DNA of 64,000 nt from Cyanidioschyzon merolae (Eukaryota): assembly GCA_000091205.1 (NCBI GenBank), contig AP006494.2. The stretch is one strand, 5' to 3'. A program made the translations under genes and the position numbers. Under the pieces are notes generated by a model. That model saw nothing but the letters and a program-made list of their open reading frames with translations, was not told the origin of the DNA and did no database searches. Every line of letters begins with the position of its first letter. Position 1 is the first letter of the stretch. Positions 21,072 through 30,296 of this stretch are shown here, piece by piece.

Positions 21072-23497
21072 GCAAAGTACAGTCTTTCAGTTCGTTTTTG
21101 TTTCAAACTTCAAACAAGTCCAGTCAAGTGTTTTTTTGCAGTATATAACAGCAGGGTTCAAAGAGCGTTCTTGTTCAAAAAAAAAGAAAGCTATCAAAAT
21201 GCAAGTCCACGATGCTGGAGGCTCAGTGTCGCCGGCTGCTAGAAGAAAACAAAAAACAGTGCCGAGTCCAGAAGAAAATGAAGAGAAGGAGGACTGAAAG
21301 GGGAGGCTCTACGTCGAAGGCGGCAAGAAAGACAACTGTACGACGAGATGGTGGTGAAAGCTGGTCTTCCTAAACATATCAAGAATCCGTACAGGGAAAA
21401 GTTGCGAGACGCTATCGAAACACGTGTCGACTCGTACTCGAAGAGTATTGTCAATGCGTCGCTAGGACTGATGCATTTGGTGAGGGAGATGTACGAAGAC
21501 GTGACGCACATGGAAACGGTCGAGATTCCAGACGAGTTTTTCGACAAGACGTTTCTTAGTCGCCTGATGCTTGGTACAGAGGAAGCGCGGAGGGAAAATG
21601 AGCTAGTAGATGCCCTCCACGAAAAACATCCCTTTTACAGCTTCGAGGGTATTCGAATCAAGGGTGACTGGGGTATTTACAGCTATGGGGCGATGAAGTA
21701 CCTCACGAACCTGAGGAACCATTCGATAATGAATCTCGAACGATTCATGATACGCGCCGTGTCTGCGCTGTACCCTGGCATCTCTCGCAAGGGGATATGG
21801 TCGATTATCAATGGCATCACGAAGCATCGCAAGCGTGAACATGAGATCGAATCCGTCGACAAGAAGAAGTCGCGCAGGAGCACGAATGAAGCCTCTGTAA
21901 TCCGTGCGGTTATACAAGAACATCGTGCTGTACTGGGGCTGGCGAATCCAACAGACATGATATCAGAGCTGAAAAAGATCAGGAAAGATACTATCGCCTC
22001 ATCCTGCGCTATTTTGTGTTTCTGGACCGAGAACTCGAGTGCAAGGCAGAGGTGATGCTGAGTGAAGAGACAAATGGAGAGTGGGAGAGACGGAAGGCTG
22101 TCCTAATTGGTAAGCGCATCAGCGTGGTTCCAATGTGCAACATCACGTCACATTTCGTGACTATCGATTCCAGAATCCTTCGTGGCATCATGAGGGAGAT
22201 CAGTCCAGAGTTCAATGTTAGCAGGGAGGAGTTTACCGGCGAAAATCGGGAGACGTATTGGAAGAACATCTTCAATTTCAAACGTCTCAAAGTCAGCAAA
22301 CAAAAGGTATTCACTGGTGTGATCGAAACCGATGGAGTATCCATATATATGTGTACACTATCGGCGCTTGAAGACAGATCGTCCAGTTCCGTCCCCGGCT
22401 GCACCCGTCACGAAGGATGAAGAAAAGGAGGAGGCTGGTGCTGCGACGCAGGAAGTACAGGATAACGACTTTACGGTTGACGCGACGAAGCATGAAGAAA
22501 AGAAGGAGGCGGGTATTGAGACGCAGAAAGTCCAGGATAACGACTTTGTCGTTGGCGCGGACCCTGGGAATACGAATATCATAGCCATCGCTGCTCCCAA
22601 GCGTGCGGAAGATGGCGCTGACGGTAACTTGCGTCAGAAAGACATGCGTCTGTTGAGATTCTCGAGAGCGTGATACGATCGAGAATCCGGTATAATGAGT
22701 GCGAGGAAGAAAATCGAGACGTGGAACGCAGGAGTGAAAGAGCACCTGGAAGCTTTGAGCGAGGTGACGAGCCGCGGAGCGGACTTTGAAGCTTTTCGAA
22801 AATTCATGAAAGTTCGCATTGCGCATTGGGATGCGCTGTGGGAGGAGTATACCAAGCCCCGGTGGGCTCGTCTGCGAATGAACCTATACGGTGGGAGGCA
22901 GCGCGCGTTCGCGAATTTTCGCAATCAGTTGAGCGCCTTGCAGGAGAATGAAATTCAGAGGCTCGTAGTAGCGTACGGAGCAGGGCGCTGGAAGACACAA
23001 AAAGGGTGTATACCAGCTCCAACGACGAGGGTGCACAAGGAGTGCACAAGGCGTTTTGTTACGATACCTGTAGATGAGTTCCGAACGACGTTTACACACC
23101 ATGAACTGGGGTGTACACTTCAAAGGGTCGAGATGGAAAGGCGCTAGAGGAGCCCTGAAGATATAGCAAAGTACAGACCGCTGACGGAAGAGGAAATGGA
23201 AAGGATGGCGAAAGTTCGAGGGCTACTCGTATTGGTTAGCACAAGCATTGATGGCAAGAAACGTATGGAGTTTTTGAATCGAGACTTTATCGCCGCGATC
23301 AATATAAGGAAATGTGCGGTGCTGGAGACGAGACCTCCAGAGCTGACAAGAGGGAACTTTGTTGGACAATCACTTAAAGTCGAACCATATGAGAAAAAGG
23401 TGGAAGCAGTAGTCGATGGCCGGTCCAAAAAACTGCGAGGCGTTTGGACAACAGATGGAGACGTTTCGCCTGGGGCGCGTTCGCCGCCTCTACTGTA
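21072..23497 (+). mobile_element. TnpB/Fanzor-like element, copy 3
   Basis: The 5' end aligns with copy 1 from ...at|agcaaagtacag, and includes a TATA-like gcagtatataacag at 21141-21154. Up to 23449 it is near-identical to copies 1 and 2. The last ~45 bp is a divergent (~65% identity) but homologous version of the 3' terminus, ending ...cgccgcctctactgta. Confidence 0.7.
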
Positions 23498-23507
23498 CCG
23501 CTGGTGA
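21202..23507 (+). pseudogene. Fanzor/TnpB-like nuclease reading frame (interrupted; ~760 codons)
   Basis: Pieces: 21202.. (MQVHDAGG..., then a copy-specific 1-nt deletion and TGA), 21348..22055, 22016..22420, 22332..22673 (RuvC-I-like DFVVGADPGNTNIIAIAA at 22542-22595), 22695..23147 (Cys/His-rich RLVVAYGAGRW...GC...C...HHELGC), and 23196..23507 (RuvC-III RDFIAAINI at 23280-23306). Confidence 0.65.
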
Positions 23508-23710
23508 CACCAACGTTTTTCTTTTGAAAGACGTTCGTTGTCAGCGGTGTGCTCGCTGCGCTTTCGCAGCCGATTTTGTGACCCGAACGGCTTTATCGCC
23601 ACTGGGGTGCGGCACCGTGCCCGGTAGCGCTTGTGGGCACTGTTCGAAGCTGTCCGGTGTGTCCAGTGCGGCTTTTATTCTATGAGAATACGCGTACGCA
23701 TAGGAGAGTG

Positions 23711-25546
23711 ATGGAAGGAGACCTGCACGCTGCTTCCCAGGAGGTATCTGTGACCGGGGCTAGACCTCCAACGTCGAGGCGCCAGCGCGCGCCTACAGCC
23801 TCTGAGCCCGGGTCCACGCCGCCGGAGCACCACACGGCGAGTCAGTCGAATGTGCGGGCGTATCGTGAGACACTCACGCCCTTGCCTTTGGGGCAACTCA
23901 ACAGTAGTAGCTTCCAACCGGGGTCTGGTATGGGCGCAGCCAAGCACGCTGCGAGTGCAGCAGGGTTTTCCGCTCCGAACGTCGGGCGCTCGCCGCATGG
24001 CGTCGGGACCGTGAACGGCACCATAGACCGCGGGCTCTACGCGGGAGCAACGCCGACGCTCAACATGTACGGAGGGGGTTATGTCGGCAGTGGCGGCATG
24101 CTGCTAAGTCCGACGCTGCTTGTAGCGGCGGCTGCGGCCGCGGCACGCTCCACGAGTTCAAGTCCACACCGTTCGATGGTGGACAGCTCGAGCCCCACGT
24201 TGATTCTTGCAGCGAACCATAAGAATAACATGAACAGGATCTCAACCGGGATATCCCCGCACACAAACGCGTACCACTTGGGGGCAAATATACCACCGCA
24301 ATCCGGTGATGGATCCGCCGTCGCCGGGAGTGCGCCCGTTCCAGAATCGTCGAACAGTACCCCGTTCTGGATCGATGACACCAACTTTGATGCAAACGGC
24401 TATATATACGCGAGCATGTCGAACCCGTATGGGTACGGCGGTGGCGACTCGGCCACAGTCCCAGGAGCTGGCCCGTATTCGGGCGTTTCGATTTCGCCTC
24501 TGCCCGGTTTCTCCATCGGATCCCCATATCGCTCCTTGGTGCCGGGCACGCCGCACGCGACGATGATGTGGCCGGCACAGCATCCTACGGGAACGTCTGT
24601 CATACAAACAAGTGCCGATCTCGAGAGGGATCCACGGGATACAGGCACCAAACAACGCATGGACCGGGGATTGTTACCACCGTGTCCATCCCCGGATCGG
24701 AAGCTCATATCAGCGTGGAACCGAGCTCAGCGGCGAGAGAAAATGGAACGCGAGCGAGCGCAGAAACGCTCTTTGGAGCAAATGAGAGCCCGCAAGGGTT
24801 CAGCCTCTTCAACCTCGCAGCGTGAGTATGAGCGCGTTTCGGATACGTCCCCGAAGACGGCGTGTGCCTTTCCAAGCGAGCCTTTCGAAGACTCGTCCGG
24901 AGACACCTGTGAGCAGCCTAGTGTACGAATCGCTTCGGAGCACAGTCGTGAAGATCACAGCTCCGCGGCGACCAGTTCAGCGATCCAGAGGCACCAGTCG
25001 AGCTGGGTGCCGAGTCAGCCCTCGATCCGTGCGGACCAAAGCAACAGTCATGAGACTAGCGGCAGGGCACCGAGTACGCGAGAGACACGGGCGCAGCGCA
25101 ATCGAGAAGCAGCAAGGCGCAGTCGGTTGAAAGTGAAGCGTCTCATAGCTGACCTGGAGGAACGAAATGCGGCGTACGCTCACCTCTTACGAGAACGCGA
25201 GAATGAGATCGAGCGATTACGTCGGGAAAACGCCACGTTACAGGAACAAGTGGCGCAGTGCACGGCGATCAGGGATGTGGCAGGAGAGGCATCCGCTGAG
25301 GCGCCTCCATCGATTCCGAAGCACGTTTTGGATCCGCCAGTCATCACAAGAGGTACGTCAAAAGCGACGACCAGGTCAGACGACTCGCCATCACGTTTAG
25401 TGTCGTCGGAGCATGAGCATCTCTCCGCACTAGCATCGGTTGCACGTGATGCACAGGGCGCGCCACCCGGCACCGTCAACCGATCAACATCGAGTGGTGA
25501 CGTTTCGGCATTCGCCCAACTGCAGGAGCCTGCGTCCGTGCTCTGA
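23711..25546 (+). CDS. bZIP transcription factor
   Basis: Near the C-terminus there is a canonical basic region and leucine zipper: RAQRNREAARRSRLKVKRLIADLEERNAAYAHLLRERENEIERLRRENATLQEQV, containing the N-x7-R / AAxxSR signature. The rest is long and low-complexity, rich in Ser, Pro, Gly and Ala. The start is assumed to be the ATG at 23711; the ORF track starts at 23633. Confidence 0.7.
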   Translation: MEGDLHAASQEVSVTGARPPTSRRQRAPTASEPGSTPPEHHTASQSNVRAYRETLTPLPLGQLNSSSFQPGSGMGAAKHAASAAGFSAPNVGRSPHGVGTVNGTIDRGLYAGATPTLNMYGGGYVGSGGMLLSPTLLVAAAAAAARSTSSSPHRSMVDSSSPTLILAANHKNNMNRISTGISPHTNAYHLGANIPPQSGDGSAVAGSAPVPESSNSTPFWIDDTNFDANGYIYASMSNPYGYGGGDSATVPGAGPYSGVSISPLPGFSIGSPYRSLVPGTPHATMMWPAQHPTGTSVIQTSADLERDPRDTGTKQRMDRGLLPPCPSPDRKLISAWNRAQRREKMERERAQKRSLEQMRARKGSASSTSQREYERVSDTSPKTACAFPSEPFEDSSGDTCEQPSVRIASEHSREDHSSAATSSAIQRHQSSWVPSQPSIRADQSNSHETSGRAPSTRETRAQRNREAARRSRLKVKRLIADLEERNAAYAHLLRERENEIERLRRENATLQEQVAQCTAIRDVAGEASAEAPPSIPKHVLDPPVITRGTSKATTRSDDSPSRLVSSEHEHLSALASVARDAQGAPPGTVNRSTSSGDVSAFAQLQEPASVL

Positions 25547-26084
25547 TCGCTGCAGCGCATGAATCCACAGTCGAGGTCTCGTGGCTCGCGGAGCGTGCCC
25601 TCGAAGCCGCGCACTGACGGCCGGGTCTGTCCCGTGACGCCCATCTGCGAGCGACGCAACAAGCGGACACATGTCGACGCGCAATAGCCGCAGATGCACC
25701 TGGCAATGATCCGGACACCGAATATCGCGCCCAAGCTGAACGCATCACCTGAAGCGAACTTGTTCGATGCGAAAGATGTAGCAGCCAGTTGTATGCCGGT
25801 GCTTGCGCATCCAACCATCCAGCCATCCAACCATCCAGCACAGATGCCCATTGCTGCGCTGCGATCGGCAATGCTAGGCGAAAAGCGCGTGCTCCGCCGA
25901 GCCTCCACGTGCGATGGCGCCTGCTGGTGGGATCTCTGGAGCAGCGCCCTGCTGCGGTGCCCTGTCGTTGCCTGCTGGTTTTTTCAGATGACAAAACGTT
26001 TCCATTGACCATGGATCCCTGAAGTCGGAATGGATAATGGCTTTCGTGAAAGCGTCCATGATGAAGCGCCTTCCCTCAAGTTCC

Positions 26085-26552
26085 GTTACCCGTACTTCCT
26101 CTCGTCTGCACTGGTCGTTTCGTATGTTCTATCGTACGCCGAGTGCCTGTTTTGAGCACCCACCGTAGCGCTCACACCACTGAAGCAGATGCTGCACAGA
26201 GACAGAACGGCCTTGTCATGCCACTGAGAACGTCGCCTCGACGCGTAGTTCTCCGACACGGAATCGGGATTCATCTTCAATCTGGGAGACAGCAAGCTCC
26301 ACAGTCAGACCTAATGCCTGTGGCAGCGCGAAACGATAGCTAGGAGACAACCGCAACCATGACGACACCTGGATGCATTCTAACCAATTCTAGTCTCAGA
26401 ATAAACAGCGTTGCGGGCGAGTTGCTCAGGTCGCGCCACTGCACGCGCCACTGGCAGGAGCATGAAGCACGATCCTGGGAGACTCGTCTGGCCCGCGGGA
26501 CCTTCCGCCTATAAGGTAAACGTTCGACAGTACGGAAAGCTTTTCTCCCTTG
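26085..26552 (-). repeat. Repeat family R2, copy C (full length, minus orientation)
   Basis: The reverse complement aligns with copies A and B along its whole length, from ggagaaaagctttcc...taggcggaaggtcccgcgggc to the ...gatagaacatacgaaacgacc 3' region. Confidence 0.55.
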
Positions 26553-26834
26553 TAACATGTATCTTAGGGGGGAAATAAATATTGATATACTTGCCGGTGA
26601 GTCGTGAGTCTCGTACCTTTTTTCGATATCGCGCATTCAACACGCGCACCTGGGAGGTCAGGCCGTCGCGAGACACGACACGCATGTCGCCGCTGGGGAG
26701 AAACCCGATCGTGACCAATCGTTTACTGTTTGTTCTACAGTACAAGTTGTGTTTGCGTTGACGTCGTAGCCGAGTATGGTGTTTCAATTCGATTATGTTT
26801 CAACGCTCATGTGAGCGTATCCAAGCGATTTTTC

Positions 26835-27085
26835 CCAGTTTGTATCAGAAGCGTTCAAAGGGCGTTGTTTTTCAAAAAAATAAAAAGGAAAGATATGGAG
26901 AAGCCAGTCGAGGATCCTGGGGGCGCAGCGTCGCCGGCAACCGGAAAAACAACAAACAAAAAACAGTGCCGAGTCCAGAGGAACGGAGAAGGACGTAGAA
27001 GCAAAACGGTGCGGCCCTACGTGAAATGCTGCAAGAAAGACGACATTACGACGACATGACGGTGAAAGCGTGTCTTCTAAACTGC
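26835..27085 (+). mobile_element. 5'-terminal fragment (~250 bp) of the Fanzor-like element
   Basis: agaagcgttcaaagggcg...ttcaaaaaaa...ggatcctgggggcgcagcgtcgccggc...aaaaaacagtgccgagtccag aligns with the 5' ends of copies 1 and 3, then diverges at ~27085. Confidence 0.5.
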
Positions 27086-28139
27086 GATCGACAATTCTAC
27101 GCGAATCGCGCGTGATCCGCGGAGCCTCCAGGTGCGATGGCGCGCGCTGGTGGTATCTCTCGAGCAGCCTACATGGCAATGCGACTCGTTGTTGTCGTTG
27201 GATGCTCAATGCAGAGCAGAGCAACCACCGCGCTGACACTCGGACTCGAACTCCAAATACCATCGATAGAGGCGATAGCAGCAGGCTGCCGGGCACGTAT
27301 ATGGGCCAAGGGGTCCACTATGCGCACCTCTTTGAGTCGGGTTTTGGTGCAGACCCCCAACGCAGCGCAAGAAAACTTGGATGAAATCAGCGCAGATTTG
27401 GCTGAAGCGCCTATTAGACGAAAACACGCTACCCAATCGTTCCCCGGAAATATAGAATTCTCCCGTCGCCTGAAGCGAACGGGCCAAACGCCAATATGGG
27501 AACGTAGACACGGGACCAGTCGCCCCAGTAACGCCGGCTTGACTCTATCGGGAACTACAACCTAGCATACACATGCAAGTACTGGTGGCAGGCGCTGGAA
27601 TTCCCGCGACTTGCTCGAGGTACCCAATGGCTCGCCAAAATGCGCGTTGGTGGCTTCCGGCTGGCAGCACCGGCGCTAAGCCGTATGGGAACACTGGAAT
27701 CGCACTGGGAATCGCACTATCCCTGCTGCGGAGACGAAATCCCCGAGACGCTGACGTATTTAGGCTGACAGTGCCCGCGCTGGAAACAGGAGCGCAGCGA
27801 TCTCCTTGAAGGACAGCAGCAGCTGGGCATCATCGTGATAGCCGAAGGTCGGACACTCACTTTGAGTGTAGCACTGGCAACTGATGGTCCGCTAACCGAG
27901 CCTCAGCGCTCATTAATGGCGAACAAACTCACATGCTACCTTCTGGGCAAAAGGTCCTGCGAATGGGATGCGCACACGGGTTTAGTGCTCTTTGTGCCTA
28001 CCCACTGTGGTGGGTCTCAAGCACAAAACCGCATTGCCAACCAAGAACGCATTCCATGCATGATCACGAAGGAGAGAGGCGGCTCCCAGGATATATCCTA
28101 ATAGCCAAGTTTCTCCAGCGTGTCGTGCAGCGAAGACAG

Positions 28140-28386
28140 GCCTGCATCCGCAGACTGTCCAAGCACAAACTGACGATGAGACCCGATTCTACGTCGGGTG
28201 AAGCACCCCTCGAGCCGACGCCCTCTGGGGTATAGAAAAGCTGCTCTAGCTCGATGACCTATCTGCTCCAGCGGTTAAGTTCCCAAGGCGGATGATTAGG
28301 TTAGGTACTAGGCACACACGATAGGACGTATGAAACGACCAGAATATCCGAGAATCAGTATAGGTAATGTAATTTGGAGGTAGGGT
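28140..28386 (+). repeat. Repeat family R2, copy D (5'-truncated, 3' half only)
   Basis: Aligns to the copy A 3' half: ...gggtgaagca(c/t)(c/t)cctcgagccga(c/g)gccctc(t/a)g(g/t)ggtatag...gataggacgtatgaaacgacc...ataggtaatgtaa(a/t)ttggaggtagg. Confidence 0.55.
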
Positions 28387-30296
28387 GTTTGATGGATACT
28401 TTAGTGTGCACTGAAGAAAAACACAGAAAAAGAGAAAGAAAAGAAAACTGCGCATAATCGGCGAACGCTGCCCCATGTAATCATTTCGTCAAATGAGATA
28501 ATAACCGGTTCCGTACGAGTTCCGAGTATCGACGTCGCGATGCGGCGCGTCGATGCGTTCTGGGACGTGCGTCTGCAAACCTCCAATGCCATCATCTGGT
28601 CATCATGCTTCCCGTGTCCCAAGCATGCGCTGGGCCATCACACAACGGTTTGATCGAAAATTTCCAGAGGAGCTCGGACCCCTCGATGCGCAGTCAGCGG
28701 AGCTCCGTCGAACACGTGCCTGGCAACGTGCCTCGAGACGAGGCGAGGCGTGACCTCATCGAGTAGGAAGCCACGCGATCCTTGATGGCGTGCTGCATCT
28801 CAGCTTTGTTTCAAAGATGCTCCTCATCCATACATGGTAGCAGATACGTCTAAACGACGACCCTAGGTTTTGCTTGACGCTGCGAAAGTTTTCCTTCTTA
28901 TCCCACTGCATCATCTCTAAGCGGATTTGGTTACGTTCTTTCTCCGGTGGGTTCTGTGATTTCTCGTTTACTAGGCGAGATGGCATCGATCTGGTCCCTG
29001 TACCACATATATTTTTCTCCTCGAGATTCGGACGGATTCGGTCGACGATGGTAATGAAACTCTCCTTTTCTGTCTATTTCTTCTACGATTCCCATATACG
29101 TTTTTGGGACGGTATCCGTCCGCAGCACGCTAGGAGACCGACGTTCGTTGCATCACTCCGCCTCGCTCACGAGCAGAGCAGCAACCGAGCAATTCTGAGC
29201 TGGTGGAGCCAGCGCATGACTTGTGGAATATCGTTGTCACATACGCGACCGACATAACTATTGAACCGTGCGCGAAGCAAGAACATGAGAGAACAGAGCA
29301 GACGGCTTCGACTGGATTGAACCAAGGGAAACGGGCAGCGACGACGAACAGCTCTTCGCCGATTTCAGCTGCGCAATCCTCGACCGATTCCGAGTGATGG
29401 TAACCAACGTTATCCAGGAGCAGGACAGGAGGATGTGCGACGCACAAGCCGCGACTGCTGCATCGAAAAAGCATGACGCGTTGAACGATCACGTCCGTTT
29501 GACGATTTGCAGGCGACCACATGATGACAACGCCGCTGGTGCTGACGTTGTCGGATTGCTCGCGTGTCTGTCCTTTACGAGAAGCGCTTTGCTGTTCTTT
29601 GAGTACCCAGGTAGATATCTGCGATTTCTCTCGAATAAAATCTCATCACACGAGCCGTGCCCCCGTTCCTCGTGCAGCATGCGTTCGCGTTTCAGCACGA
29701 GCTCGATGGTGTGTGTCGATGAACGCGTACCGCACTCCCACAGAAGCGTGCCTTTCACTTTGTACATCCGAGTCGCATCATCGCAGATCGACGCAACCGT
29801 ACAAAAACGTCCCCTTTTGTGGCCTTTTCTCATCGTATTCCGTAGAGAACACTTGGAATGGAATCGATGGACCTGGAGACCGACGTGTAGATAGTTTTTG
29901 AAAAGTTGTGTTTCGAGTGCATGACGCTCAAGGTAAGGAATAAGAGAAGGATGGTTAATCAACCTGCAGACGGCAGAATCACTGAATTGTAGAGGTAATG
30001 CCCTTTTTCGCACGCTAGCAGTTACAGCATAAAGTCTTTCCGCAACCTTTCTCGAATCTACTGCAGCCATTTCTCTTGTTGAGTAGCTGCGAGAGAACCA
30101 ACAACAACAACAACAACAACAACAAAATAAGTTCCGGTACAGATGTTCCGTTCTTCACTGCTCTGAGAGTAACGCCGAGGGTTGCACGCTCTTGTCCGGG
30201 GGCCAGACGGATACCTTCGACTGAGTCGACCACCAACATCACCATCATTGGCGACGTGCTACCTCATTTCAAAGAGCGGCGAATCTCGGCGTCGAT

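Noticed and set aside
22337-23171. Calling the three GT..AG segments (37, 30 and 45 nt) introns outright and annotating a spliced intact Fanzor CDS
   Set aside because: They are shorter than typical spliceosomal introns. Host genes here show no introns to calibrate against. Without transcript data the intact-gene model is not supportable, so it is kept as a hypothesis in the findings.
5881-23497. Interpreting the RuvC-motif ORFs as a bacterial IS605/IS607 TnpB, implying contamination or a prokaryotic contig
   Set aside because: The flanking genes are unambiguously eukaryotic (proteasome alpha-2, CCT epsilon, Nup35, TRAPPC1, bZIP, HSF). The protein is about twice TnpB length with an NLS-like N-terminus. 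No TnpA (Y1 or serine recombinase) is present. A eukaryotic Fanzor-type homolog is the consistent reading.
25180-26012. Minus-strand ORFs of 242 and 178 aa overlapping the 3' end of the bZIP gene
   Set aside because: Low-complexity translations with no start-codon context or domain; a typical GC-rich artefact.
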